From positions 1,175 through 65,174 of the forward strand of contig CAZDDI010000005.1 in assembly GCA_964504195.1 (NCBI GenBank): a stretch of 64,000 nt of DNA, given 5' to 3'. Below are positions 17,850 through 28,400 of the stretch, in pieces. Under the pieces are notes generated by a model that had not been told where the DNA came from, made no database searches, and worked only from the letters and a program-made list of their open reading frames with translations. Source of the stretch: an uncultured Anaerolineales bacterium (lineage in GTDB: Bacteria > Chloroflexota > Anaerolineae > B4-G1 > SLSP01). The position numbers and the translations under genes are program-made. Within the stretch, counting starts at the first letter, position 1; each line of letters begins with the position of its first letter.

Positions 17850-20800
17850 ATGTGGAATCGGCAGGTATTCAGATTGTTTGTGATGATGGGTGTCTTGCTG
17901 TTCGTTTTGCCCACCTCGGGCAGTGCGTGGGCTGAGAGAAATCAGCCGCCCATACCTTTTGAAAATATCCCAGAAGGTGAATTATTCGCGCCCTGCACGG
18001 TGGCCGGGTTCATCGCCACGAACACGGTGTGGAGTCCGGCGAGTTGCGACCCGTACATCGTGAACGGCAGTCTGATTGTGAACGCGGGGGTGGCGCTCAC
18101 CATTCAACCGGGGACGACGGTGCGCTTCGACGGCCAGAAGGCGTTGACCGTGAACGGGGCGTTGATCGCGCGGGGGACGGCAACGACGCCGATCACGTTT
18201 ACCTCGAACCTGGCGTATCCGGCGAAGGGGGATTGGGGCTACATCCATTTCACCAACAGCAGCGCGGACGCGACCTTCGACCCCGGCGGCAACTACACGG
18301 GCGGGAGCATCCTCCAGTACGCGGTCATCGAGTATGGCGGCGGGGGCAGCGCGAGCGAGAACGGGGCGGTGCGCATCGAGGCAGCGTCGCCGTACCTGGA
18401 TCACAACACCATCCGGCAGAATCGGGCGGATGGCATCCACGTATGGAGCGGGGAGGGCATCCGCATCACCAACAATACGATTAGCGATAACGGGATTGCT
18501 GGATCAGTCAATTCCAGTGGGATTTACGTTTCGGCCTCCGGCACGGCCCTGATTAGCGATAACATACTGACGAACAATGCCGGAGCGGGTATTGATCTTT
18601 ACGTCGGCACGGCGAATGTCAACGGCAACACGGCTACCGGTCATCCTTATGGCGGCATCTATGTTTCTGTTACGGCGCAGGCCGCCATCGTGGATAACGA
18701 AGTAAGTGGCAATGCCTGGAATGGCGGCATCTATGTTTCGGCTTCCAATGGCACAGCAACCATTAGCAATAACAATGTGCATCATAACTCCGCGAGTGCT
18801 ACGCCTAGAGGCGGTGGCATAACTGCCCGTGATGGTATATTCACCATTCAAGGGAATATGGTGAATAATAACAGTGGTAGCAATTCTGGTGGTATTGATT
18901 GTTACGGTTCTAGCGCTACCATTCGTGATAATACTATCACTTATAACAATAGTAGTTCTGGTTACGGTGGCGGCGGCGGCCTCCGCGTGTGGGGAAACGC
19001 GGCTACGGTGCTCAACAATACCATTACTCACAACACGGGTGATAATGGGGGTGGGATCTATGTTACTGGTTCAGCAACCATCGTGAACAACACTATCAGT
19101 AATAACACAGCCAACAATGTCGGCGGTGGCATACGCATCTGGAGTGGTTCCGCCACCATCAGCAATACCATACTCACCGGAAACTCGGCCCCCTATGGTG
19201 GCGCTATCTATGTCAGCGGCTCTGTGCCAGCCATCCAGCACAACACCATCACCAACAACGCCGCCACCGAACTCAACGGCGGCGGGGCGATCTATCTGGC
19301 GAACGGCTATCGCCCACTCATCAACTACAACGATTTCTACGGCAACACCGGCGGCGGCGCGACCAATTTCAACGACCTCTACAATGGCAACGCCGTCGGC
19401 GCGCCCGATGTCAATGCCCAAGACAACGATTGGGGTGAAACGGATCCCGAGGTTATCGAATCCCGTATCCACCACTACATTGACGACGCTTCTTTCAGTA
19501 TTGTAGATTACGCGCCTTACACCCTGGTCAACGCTCCGGCCAATTGCACGGTGGCCGGGTTTATCGCCACGAACACGGTGTGGAGTCCGGCGAGTTGCGA
19601 CCCGTACATCGTGAATGGCAGTCTGATTGTGAACGCGGGTGTCTCCTTGACCATCCAGCCGGGGACGACAGTGCGCTTCGACAGCCAGAAGGCATTGACG
19701 GTGAACGGGGCGTTGATCGCGCGGGGGATGGCAACGACGCCGATCACGTTTACCTCGAACCTGGCGTATCCGGCGAAGGGGGATTGGGGCTACATCCATT
19801 TCACCAACAGCAGCGCGGACGCGACCTTCGACCCCGGCGGCAACTACACGGGCGGGAGCATCCTCCAGTACGCGGTCATCGAGTATGGCGGCGGGGGCAG
19901 CGCGAGCGAGAACGGGGCGGTGCGCATCGAGGCAGCGTCGCCGTACCTGGATCACAACACCATCCGGCAGAATCGGGCGGATGGCATCCACGTATGGAGC
20001 GGGGAGGGCATCCGCATCACCAACAATACGATTAGCGATAACGGGATTGCTGGATCAGTCAATTCCAGTGGGATTTACGTTTCGGCCTCCGGCACGGCCC
20101 TGATTAGCGATAACATACTGACGAACAATGCCGGAGCGGGTATTGATCTTTACGTCGGCACGGCGAATGTCAACGGCAACACGGCTACCGGTCATCCTTA
20201 TGGCGGCATCTATGTTTCTGTTACGGCGCAGGCCGCCATCGTGGATAACGAAGTAAGTGGCAATGCCTGGAATGGCGGCATCTATGTTTCGGCTTCCAAT
20301 GGCACAGCAACCATTAGCAATAACAATGTGCATCATAACTCCGCGAGTGCTACGCCTAGAGGCGGTGGCATAACTGCCCGTGATGGTATATTCACCATTC
20401 AAGGGAATATGGTGAATAATAACAGTGGTAGCAATTCTGGTGGTATTGATTGTTACGGTTCTAGCGCTACCATTCGTGATAATACTATCACTTATAACAA
20501 TAGTAGTTCTGGTTACGGTGGCGGCGGCGGCCTCCGCGTGTGGGGAAACGCGGCTACGGTGCTCAACAATACCATTACTCACAACACGGGTGATAATGGG
20601 GGTGGGATCTATGTTACTGGTTCAGCAACCATCGTGAACAACACTATCAGTAATAACACAGCCAACAATGTCGGCGGTGGCATACGCATCTGGAGTGGTT
20701 CCGCCACCATCAGCAATACCATACTCACCGGAAACTCGGCCCCCTATGGTGGCGCTATCTATGTCAGCGGCTCTGTGCCAGCCATCCAGCACAACACCAT

Positions 20801-23800
20801 CACCAACAACGCCGCCACCGAACTCAACGGCGGCGGGGCGATCTACCTGGAGAACGGCTATCGCCCGCTCATCAATTACAATGACTTCTATGGCAATACC
20901 GGCGGCGGCGCGTCTAATTTTAACGACCTCTACAATGGCAACGCCGTCGGCGCGCCTGACATCAATGCCAAGAACAACTATTGGGGCACCACCGATCCCA
21001 ACGTCATCGAATCCCGCGTCTACCACTACATTGATGATGCTTCCCTCAGTATCGTGGACTACATCCCCTACTACTACACGTTACGCGATGACGCCGCGCT
21101 GCTTACTGCGCCGGTCACGGCCAATGTGCCAACCCCCATCACTTTTGCGCTCTATCGCATTGACGTGCCGCAGCCCGGCTCCGTCGTCACGGTCACGCTT
21201 TCTAATCTGCAACAGGATTTCGACCTGCTGCTCTTTGCCCCCGAACTCGATGAAGAAACCGGCAACCTGCGCGACCTGGCGCGCATCAGCAATATCGCCC
21301 GCATCAGCAATATCGGGCGGCTTAGCCAACTGGCGCGCATCAGCAACATCGCCCGCATCAGCAATATCGGGCAATTGCTCGGCATCGGCGATCTGGAAAG
21401 CCTCGCGCGCATCAGCAACATTGCCCGGATTAGCAATATCGCCCGCATCAGCAACATCGGCGAGACCGGCGCTTCCGGCACGCTGGTGGGCATCTCCGCT
21501 ACGCCGGGCCTGGCGGATGAGCAGATCGTCCACGAAGTTCACGAACTTGCCGGACCGTACTATGCCGCCGTGGGCGGCGCGTTTGCACAGGATAATGGCA
21601 CGCCGTTCACGCTCCAGGCGGTCATCCGGGGTTCGGATGATTCCTACACAATTATCAGCGGCGCTGTGCCGGTAACGTTTACCACTCCACCGCCTACCGA
21701 AGCCGTGCGCACGCTCATTCTCCACAATCCCACGCGCCTGGCGCAAAAATATCCCGGTCAAGCGGTAGAGATTCTGGATCTGACCGCGCAATTGGAGACG
21801 CTGGCCACGCTGCCGGAAGTGGATGGCGCGGTGATTTATCTGGATGATTATCCGGCGATTGTGCAGGCTTATCAGGATTGGGACATTCACGCCGACGATC
21901 CCTCGTGGGCCAACCGCGTCGCCGTGCATCTCAAGTCGCTGCTCTACAGTTTGGCGGAGGCCTACCCAGAATGGGAGTATCTGGTGCTGGTGGGGGGCGA
22001 TGAGATTATCCCCTATCGCCGCGTGGCCGATTATACTTACCTCGCCAACGAGCGCACCTACGAAATGGCGGATGCGGCGTTGCCGCTGGCGCGGGCGCGG
22101 CAGTTGCGCTATTATCTGAGCGACGACTACTACGCCGGGCTGCTGCCATTGCCACGCGATGGGCGCGAGTTCTACCTGCCGCACGTCGCCCTGGGGCGGC
22201 TGGTGGAATCGCCCGCAGAGATCACGGCGCAGGTGGAGGCGTTCCTCGCGCGGCCCGCGCTGGAACCCACGGACGCCCTGCTCACCGGCTACGAGTTCTT
22301 ATTGGATACAGTGGACGTGATGAGCCGCACGCTGGCGGCTTATGGCGTCGCCGAGCGGACGGCGTTGGCAGATAACACCTGGACGGCGCAGGACTTCCGC
22401 GACACGCTGTTCACGCAACCCACCGCGCCGGGGCTGATCGCGCTCAACTCGCACTTCACGCACTCCAGTTTCTTTCCCAATGATCCTAATGATGTGTACG
22501 CCACCGAAGTGACCGCCACCACGCGCTACAGCCATACGCTGGCGTTCAGCATCGGCTGTCACAGCGGCCTCAATGTGCCAGATGCCGCTTTCGCTGATGC
22601 GACGCTGGCGACAGACTGGGCGCAAGCCTGGACGCGGCAGGGGGCGACCTACCTCGGCAACACGGGCTACGGCTACGGCGACGCCGACCTGGTGGCCTAC
22701 TCCGAGCGGCTGATGGCGAACTTCGTGGGGCATCTGGGCGATTGGAGCGAAGGGCCGCAGACGGTGGGCCGCGCGCTCCTGCGCGCCAAGCAAGGGTATT
22801 TCAACGCGCTGGCGGCAGGGTCATTTACCAGTTACGATGAAAAGACCGTCGGTGTGATGACGCTTTACGGTTTCCCCATGCTTCAGATCAATTTGCCACT
22901 CACGACCACCGCGCCCTTTGGCGGCCCTAGTCTGGCGCAGGTCAAGCGCCTCGAGACAGCCGGGATGCAGGCGCAGGGGAACACCTCCGTGACAAGTACA
23001 CACATAGACTTGCATTTCAACTATACGCAACATTCTGCGCCTAACGGTGCGTACTATACCCTCGCCGGGAGTGAGGATGTACAGATAGTGGGGCATCGGC
23101 CCGTGCAGCCGCGCACCTCGGTCAATATAGCGCGCCCTGATGGTCAATACGCGCAGGGCGTTTTGTGGGTCGGCGGGACGTTCACTGAAAGCGCCGACTT
23201 CAACCCACTCATCGCGCGGTTGGTCACAGAGACCGTCACATCCACCGAACCGACCTACCCGATCACCCTGACTTGGTATCCTCAGCAACCCGGTTCGCTC
23301 AACACTTTCCTCAGTATTGACGCACAGATGCGCGAGCGGCTGGTGGTCGTGCCGGGGCAGTTCCGCGCCAACGGGACGGGGACGCCGACCGCAGGGACAC
23401 AGCGACTCTACACTGATCTGGCCTTCTACATATACTATGCTCCCTTTGATACCGAAGACTTTACCCCACCGGGTATCTGGGACGCACAGGCCGTGCAGCG
23501 CAGCAGCAGCGTGGACTTCGACGTGTGGACGAGCGACGAGAGCGGCATCCAGCGGGTGGTAGTCTTGTACCGTCGCCTCAATACGAATACCTGGTCAAAG
23601 GTGGAACTGACCCACGATTGGATGACCAGCCGGGCTACGGGCAGCGTGAACGACCTCACAGGCGAGTTCGAGTATTTTGTGCAAGCGGTGGATAGCGTGG
23701 GGAATGTGGGCGTGCGTTTCGATGGAAATATCATCACCAGGATGCACGCACTAACCGTCGAAAAGGTGGGGCAGGGGCTTGTCACAGTGTCGCCAACAGG

Positions 23801-24548
23801 CGGCGAATATGTGGCAGGCACGGCGGTGACGTTGACTGCAACCCCGGCAACTGGATGGGGTTTCGCCGGCTGGAGCGGCGCGTGCAACGGAACTGGCCTT
23901 TGCTACATCACCATGAACGCTGATCAGGCCGTCACGGCGACATTTGCCATCAATACCCACACCCTGACCGTGCAACAGGTGGGCCAGGGAACGATCAACC
24001 AGACGCCGCCAGGCGCCATCTTCGATTACGGCACAGTCATCACGCTGACCGCAACCCCGGCAACCGGTTGGCGTTTTTCCAATTGGAGCGGCGCGTGCAG
24101 CGGCAGCGGCGACTGCCATATCACCATGAACGCCGATAAGACCGTCACCGCAGTATTCAGTTGGATAGCGGTGTGCAGCCCCATTACCGACACTACGGTG
24201 AGCCTGCTGACAACCGGAGATTTGTATACCGATACCGTTGTCACGTTCCAGGCGGGGATTCTACCGCTCGACGCAACGCCGCCCTACTCGTACACCCTCG
24301 ATGACGGGGTGGAGATGAGCACCAGCAGCACGACATTCACCTTCACTCGCACCTTTGCCACACTCGGCGCGCATACCGTCACCTTTGCCGCGCGCAACTG
24401 CGGCCAAAGCACGCCGGTCACAGCCACAACGCATGTTACCATTGTGGCGCGGCCAGCACAGGATGAGCATTGGGTTTACTTGCCATTGGTGTTGCGGCAG
24501 CCTGCCCAGGCAGCCACAACCTTCACGCCGCGCCCGCCTGCTCGCTAA
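17850..24548 (+). CDS. Giant secreted surface protein with right-handed beta-helix repeat modules, (ARISNI)n repeat, C25/caspase-like peptidase-like domain and InlB B-repeat domains
   Basis: GAGGAGGA Shine-Dalgarno. Signal peptide. Repeated NNTI(T/S)xN...GGGI(Y/R)V PbH1-type turns. His/Cys dyad motifs NSHFTHSSFF...FSIGCHSGLN. Repeats VTLTATPATGW(G/R)F(A/S)(G/N)WSGAC..(T/S)G.C.ITMNAD resemble the divergent InlB B-repeat. Confidence 0.75.
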   Translation: MWNRQVFRLFVMMGVLLFVLPTSGSAWAERNQPPIPFENIPEGELFAPCTVAGFIATNTVWSPASCDPYIVNGSLIVNAGVALTIQPGTTVRFDGQKALTVNGALIARGTATTPITFTSNLAYPAKGDWGYIHFTNSSADATFDPGGNYTGGSILQYAVIEYGGGGSASENGAVRIEAASPYLDHNTIRQNRADGIHVWSGEGIRITNNTISDNGIAGSVNSSGIYVSASGTALISDNILTNNAGAGIDLYVGTANVNGNTATGHPYGGIYVSVTAQAAIVDNEVSGNAWNGGIYVSASNGTATISNNNVHHNSASATPRGGGITARDGIFTIQGNMVNNNSGSNSGGIDCYGSSATIRDNTITYNNSSSGYGGGGGLRVWGNAATVLNNTITHNTGDNGGGIYVTGSATIVNNTISNNTANNVGGGIRIWSGSATISNTILTGNSAPYGGAIYVSGSVPAIQHNTITNNAATELNGGGAIYLANGYRPLINYNDFYGNTGGGATNFNDLYNGNAVGAPDVNAQDNDWGETDPEVIESRIHHYIDDASFSIVDYAPYTLVNAPANCTVAGFIATNTVWSPASCDPYIVNGSLIVNAGVSLTIQPGTTVRFDSQKALTVNGALIARGMATTPITFTSNLAYPAKGDWGYIHFTNSSADATFDPGGNYTGGSILQYAVIEYGGGGSASENGAVRIEAASPYLDHNTIRQNRADGIHVWSGEGIRITNNTISDNGIAGSVNSSGIYVSASGTALISDNILTNNAGAGIDLYVGTANVNGNTATGHPYGGIYVSVTAQAAIVDNEVSGNAWNGGIYVSASNGTATISNNNVHHNSASATPRGGGITARDGIFTIQGNMVNNNSGSNSGGIDCYGSSATIRDNTITYNNSSSGYGGGGGLRVWGNAATVLNNTITHNTGDNGGGIYVTGSATIVNNTISNNTANNVGGGIRIWSGSATISNTILTGNSAPYGGAIYVSGSVPAIQHNTITNNAATELNGGGAIYLENGYRPLINYNDFYGNTGGGASNFNDLYNGNAVGAPDINAKNNYWGTTDPNVIESRVYHYIDDASLSIVDYIPYYYTLRDDAALLTAPVTANVPTPITFALYRIDVPQPGSVVTVTLSNLQQDFDLLLFAPELDEETGNLRDLARISNIARISNIGRLSQLARISNIARISNIGQLLGIGDLESLARISNIARISNIARISNIGETGASGTLVGISATPGLADEQIVHEVHELAGPYYAAVGGAFAQDNGTPFTLQAVIRGSDDSYTIISGAVPVTFTTPPPTEAVRTLILHNPTRLAQKYPGQAVEILDLTAQLETLATLPEVDGAVIYLDDYPAIVQAYQDWDIHADDPSWANRVAVHLKSLLYSLAEAYPEWEYLVLVGGDEIIPYRRVADYTYLANERTYEMADAALPLARARQLRYYLSDDYYAGLLPLPRDGREFYLPHVALGRLVESPAEITAQVEAFLARPALEPTDALLTGYEFLLDTVDVMSRTLAAYGVAERTALADNTWTAQDFRDTLFTQPTAPGLIALNSHFTHSSFFPNDPNDVYATEVTATTRYSHTLAFSIGCHSGLNVPDAAFADATLATDWAQAWTRQGATYLGNTGYGYGDADLVAYSERLMANFVGHLGDWSEGPQTVGRALLRAKQGYFNALAAGSFTSYDEKTVGVMTLYGFPMLQINLPLTTTAPFGGPSLAQVKRLETAGMQAQGNTSVTSTHIDLHFNYTQHSAPNGAYYTLAGSEDVQIVGHRPVQPRTSVNIARPDGQYAQGVLWVGGTFTESADFNPLIARLVTETVTSTEPTYPITLTWYPQQPGSLNTFLSIDAQMRERLVVVPGQFRANGTGTPTAGTQRLYTDLAFYIYYAPFDTEDFTPPGIWDAQAVQRSSSVDFDVWTSDESGIQRVVVLYRRLNTNTWSKVELTHDWMTSRATGSVNDLTGEFEYFVQAVDSVGNVGVRFDGNIITRMHALTVEKVGQGLVTVSPTGGEYVAGTAVTLTATPATGWGFAGWSGACNGTGLCYITMNADQAVTATFAINTHTLTVQQVGQGTINQTPPGAIFDYGTVITLTATPATGWRFSNWSGACSGSGDCHITMNADKTVTAVFSWIAVCSPITDTTVSLLTTGDLYTDTVVTFQAGILPLDATPPYSYTLDDGVEMSTSSTTFTFTRTFATLGAHTVTFAARNCGQSTPVTATTHVTIVARPAQDEHWVYLPLVLRQPAQAATTFTPRPPAR
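17994..21095 (+). repeat. In-frame tandem segmental duplication (2 x 1551 bp, 517 aa each) inside the giant gene
   Basis: Identical spurious ORFs recur at a +1551 offset (18029 and 19544; 18334 and 19885; 18504 and 20055). A few substitutions near the edges argue against an assembly artefact. Confidence 0.85.
21281..21460 (+). repeat. 18-bp tandem repeat, about 9-10 copies, encoding (ARISNI)n
   Basis: GC[GC]CGCATCAGCAA[TC]ATC repeated. Peptide ARISNIARISNIGRLSQLARISNIARISNIGQ... Confidence 0.85.
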
Positions 24549-24922
24549 GGCGGCGCGGCTATCCAGACAGCGCAAGGACGTAGAGCTGAGAAAGCGTCGC
24601 AGCCGTTTCTCCTCTGCGCCCTTGCGCATGCCGATTTTTTGGCGATTTCACTATGTCAAGTCGGCTCAAGCAGGCTGTAGCAGCCTCAGGGCTATCGCAT
24701 TTAGCCCCCAAAATGCTCCAAGCCCCCGTCCCGGGGGCGGTTTCAGGGTGAGATACTGCTTTGCAAGCGGTTTATTTGCGCCAAAGCCGCCCCGAGACGG
24801 GGCTTCGAGCGTTAAATGCGATTACCCTAGTAGCAGCCTGACTCAACGCTCGATCTCCCCTTGCACCACCCCCCGCCGCCGTGTTACACTGGTAGTACCA
24901 TTACCAACACGGAGGATAACCC

Positions 24923-25321
24923 ATGCCCTACCTGATCCTGGCCTTGCACTTGCTCGGCCTTAGCCTGGCCCCCGGCGCGCTGCGCTGGGTCTTGGCCCCG
25001 ATGTGGGGCGCGGCGGCGGCCCTGGCCTACTTTAAGCCCGACGACCGCGCCGCGACCACGAACTACGTCTACTTCTTCCTTGCCGGGAACGCCGGCCTCA
25101 TCTTTGGCTACCACATCGCCGCGCTGCTCGTCACCGGCACGCCGGAGCCGGGCGCGACAACGCTCTACGGCATCTCGGTGTGGCTGCTGGGCTTCGCCGT
25201 GATGTCTTGTATTGGCTTCTACGCCTACGTCCTGCGCTTTTTATTCTGGGACCGCACCACGCCGTTCTTCGGCGGGCGGCTGCAAAGCCGGGACGTGATC
25301 CAGCAGATCAAGCGACAGTGA
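24923..25321 (+). CDS. Hypothetical integral membrane protein (132 aa)
   Basis: GGAGGATAACCC Shine-Dalgarno. Four predicted transmembrane helices. Confidence 0.55.
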   Translation: MPYLILALHLLGLSLAPGALRWVLAPMWGAAAALAYFKPDDRAATTNYVYFFLAGNAGLIFGYHIAALLVTGTPEPGATTLYGISVWLLGFAVMSCIGFYAYVLRFLFWDRTTPFFGGRLQSRDVIQQIKRQ

Positions 25322-25324
25322 CGT

Positions 25325-25368
25325 GCTGCGTACTGCGTAAATTCCGGATTACGCAGTACGCAGTACGC
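25325..25368. repeat. Palindromic extragenic element, GTACTGCGTAA family, copy 1
   Basis: GCTGCGTACTGCGTAA-attccgga-TTACGCAGTACGCAGTACGC lies directly after the stop codon. A related copy is at 62358-62401. Confidence 0.5.
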
Positions 25369-25410
25369 AATAGCCGACACGCAACTTCCCCTAGAGAGGT
25401 AATCCTAGCC

Positions 25411-28400
25411 ATGACCCATCCCACCTTCAAAATGACCCTGACCCCCGACGGCGCGGCACTGCAAGCCTACGCCTGGGCAGAGAGCGCTGCCGCTTGGCGC
25501 GCGTGGTCGCCCTATGCGCTGCGCATCCTGCGCAAGCCCTACCGCCACGCGCGCACCCACCTGGAACTCACCGATGATGTCGTGAGCACCCTGTACGATC
25601 CGCAGTCCCAGCGCAACACCCCGGCGGCCTTTGGGCTCGCCAATGTGCCCGAACTGGGCCTCGTCCAGGTCTACGGCGGGCTGGCGACGGCAGACTCCCA
25701 AGAACTGGCCGTGCAAACGGCGGCGCTGCACTCCGCGCGCCTGGTCGCCGCGCTGCAAGGTCGCTTCCGGCAGTCGCGGTTCACGCTACTCGCCGCCGAA
25801 GAAGCCACGGCGTTCTACCGGCATCTGTGGGCTTGCCGCTGTACGGCGTCCCTGATCGGGCAACTGGTGCCCCGGATCGCGCCGGGGATGGGCTCCGGGC
25901 ACGGTATCAACCAACTGGTGACCACCGATGTCCAAGAACAACTGGAAGTCATCGCCGCGGCGCTGGCGGGGGAGCCGTTCGCCGTCCTCACCCTGGCGCA
26001 TCCCCTAAACGCGCTGGACATCCGGCAAATGCTGGCGGATACGGCGCAAGCCCTGAGTTACTTCGCTTCCAAAGTAAAGCAGAGCGAGTCGGCGAATATC
26101 AGCGCCGTGCTGCCGCTGTTTATCAACCCCGTGGCGCTGTTCAGCGAGCAGAGCCAGCGCACGACGCAGGTGGCGCGGGGCGACCAGCGGTTGACCAGCG
26201 AGCAAAACGCACACCGCCTGGCCGCCGGGCAGTCCGATGGGGTCACGGCTTACCGGCGAGAAACCGCCAGTAGCGCACAGCATCAGGGCGCGGAACGCAC
26301 GAGTTACCACGAGGAGCAGCGCAGCAGCGAGAACATCCGCGAACACGAAGAAAGCCGCGTCAATCTGGAACGCGACTATGCCGAGGCGTATAGCCTCGCG
26401 CGCTCCTACCAGGGCCGCGAGGCCGGGACGCTGACCACGCAGGGGCAGCGGGACGCCGATCAGACCGGGCAGCGGCAGCAGCACACGGCGGAACAGGGGC
26501 AGTTGCACAGCGTCGAAAGCATTGATGAGCAGGTCGCCGGCGTGCGCTCCGGCGCGGGCAGCCGCTCCAGCGTGGAAGCCTTCAGCGTGGGCGAACGCTA
26601 CGCCGGCGGCAGCAGTCGCGCCTGGCAGGGTAGTTATGATGAACAGACGCAGCGCGCGTTCAGCGGCGCGGGCCAGGAGCACACGGCGGAGGGCTATCGG
26701 CAAGCCGAGCAGCGCGCCGGCAGCCTGGTCAGCGGCGAGACCTTTGCGCGCACGACAGAAAACACGGTGCAGGGCGAGGGGGCACAGCTGCAGACCTACG
26801 CCGAGCGCGGCGTCGAAGGCGACCTCTCGCCGCGTGTTTTCGGCATCGGCGGCGGGGAAGTCATGGCGGCGGGCGAACGCGGCCATCTCACGCAGAGCCG
26901 CGACTCCGAACTGGCCCAGGCCGAAGGCGCGGCTAACCTGGTGCGCCAGACGCAGCAGGGCGAGGTGACGACCGGGGCGCAGGTGGCCGACAGCGCCTAC
27001 CAGCGCAGCGGGCAGCAGCAAGAAGGGCTGGGGCAGACCTGGCAAGGCCAGGAAAGTGTGCAGACCGCCGAGTGGCGCAGCGGGGGCGGGACGCGGAGCA
27101 GCCAGCTGGCCTATGGCTACAGTGAAGCCTATCAGGACGCCAGCCACACTGACCGGCAGGCGCAGCGCGCCTGGGACAGTCAGGTAGACCAGGACGCGGC
27201 CTGGCAGCAGGCGACCCGCGAGGGCTACCAGGGCGTCGAGCGTTTCGCGCGGGCGTTCGGCGGCAGTTACAGCGAGGCCGGGCAGCGCAGCGGGCATCTT
27301 TCACAGCAGGATGTGATCACTGCCGACCGCAACCTACAACGTGAGACCGAGCGCGTGCTGGACGGGTTCCGCGCAGAGACCTTCGCCGGGCACCGCGACA
27401 GCCAGGAGCAGGTGGCCGGCGTGGAAGCGCGGCAGGATGCCAAGATCGGCGCGGGGCGCGAGTTCGTGCAGGCCCAGGCCGCCGAACAGGTGGGGACGGC
27501 GGTAAGCGCCGCGGGGCGCACGCAGGTAACGACGCGCGGCGTCATGGGGCCGTCGGGCGGCTCGCTGGTGGCCGGGCTGGCCTTTGCGCGCCAGACCGTG
27601 GATATGCAGCGCGATCTGGTGGCGCAGTTGCTCGAGCAGCAGGTGCAGCGCCTGAACGCCGGGCTGGACACGGGGCTGTTCCTGACGCAGGTGACGCTGC
27701 TGGCCCCCGATGAATCCCGGCTGGAACGGCTGGCCGCCGCCGCGGTCGCCGCGATGCGCGAGGAGCACGTCGTGGTGCCGGTCGCGGTGCGCTCCGGGGA
27801 TGCGACGCTCTGGCAGCGCGCGGTGGCGCTGGACTTTGATGCGCGCCGCGAAGATGCCGCCGCCGGGCCGTTCGAGGCGTTGCGCCACGCGCAAACGCTC
27901 ACCGCCAACGAACTGGCGGCACTGGTGCATCCCATCAGGATTTCCGATGGGACCATTTCGGCCTCGCTGGACGCCTGGCCCGATGACCTCTCGCACCGGC
28001 GCACGCAGGGCGAGATCGCGCTGGGCCGGGTACTGGATGTGAACTTGCAGCCCGATTCTAACAACATCCACCGCTTTCGCGCCGATGAACTGATGCACGC
28101 CGTCATTGTGGGCGACTCCGGGTCAGGCAAGTCCAATTCGGCCTTGTGGTTTGTGTCGCAGGTAGTCAACGCTGTGCGCCAGGACGCGCAGGGCGACCCC
28201 CTCCCCGCGCCGACCACCGGGCCGGTGACGCCGCTGGCCCTGGGCGGGACGCCGCGCATCGGGGTGACGGTCTTCGATCCCACCGGGGAATGGCGCAAGT
28301 TGGGCAAGTTGATCCCGGCGGCGGACTTCCGGTACTACTCGCTGACGGATCCGCAGACGTATCCGTTACGGTTCAACCCCTTGCGCATCCCCAGCCCCTA

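Noticed and set aside
17982-21026. Multiple 130-300-aa antisense and off-frame ORFs inside the giant beta-helix gene (e.g. 18504..19031-, 19071..19991-, 20055..20582-)
   Set aside because: They lie within a well-supported long CDS in high-GC DNA, where stop-free alternative frames are expected. The duplicated ones merely mirror the 1551-bp duplication.
25180-25410. Upstream extension of the HerA-like ATPase ORF
   Set aside because: It overlaps the preceding membrane-protein gene and its palindromic element. A good Shine-Dalgarno precedes the ATG at 25411.
26005-27297. 430-aa minus-strand ORF
   Set aside because: Entirely antisense to the 1320-aa ATPase gene's low-complexity region, so it is a GC-rich frame artefact.
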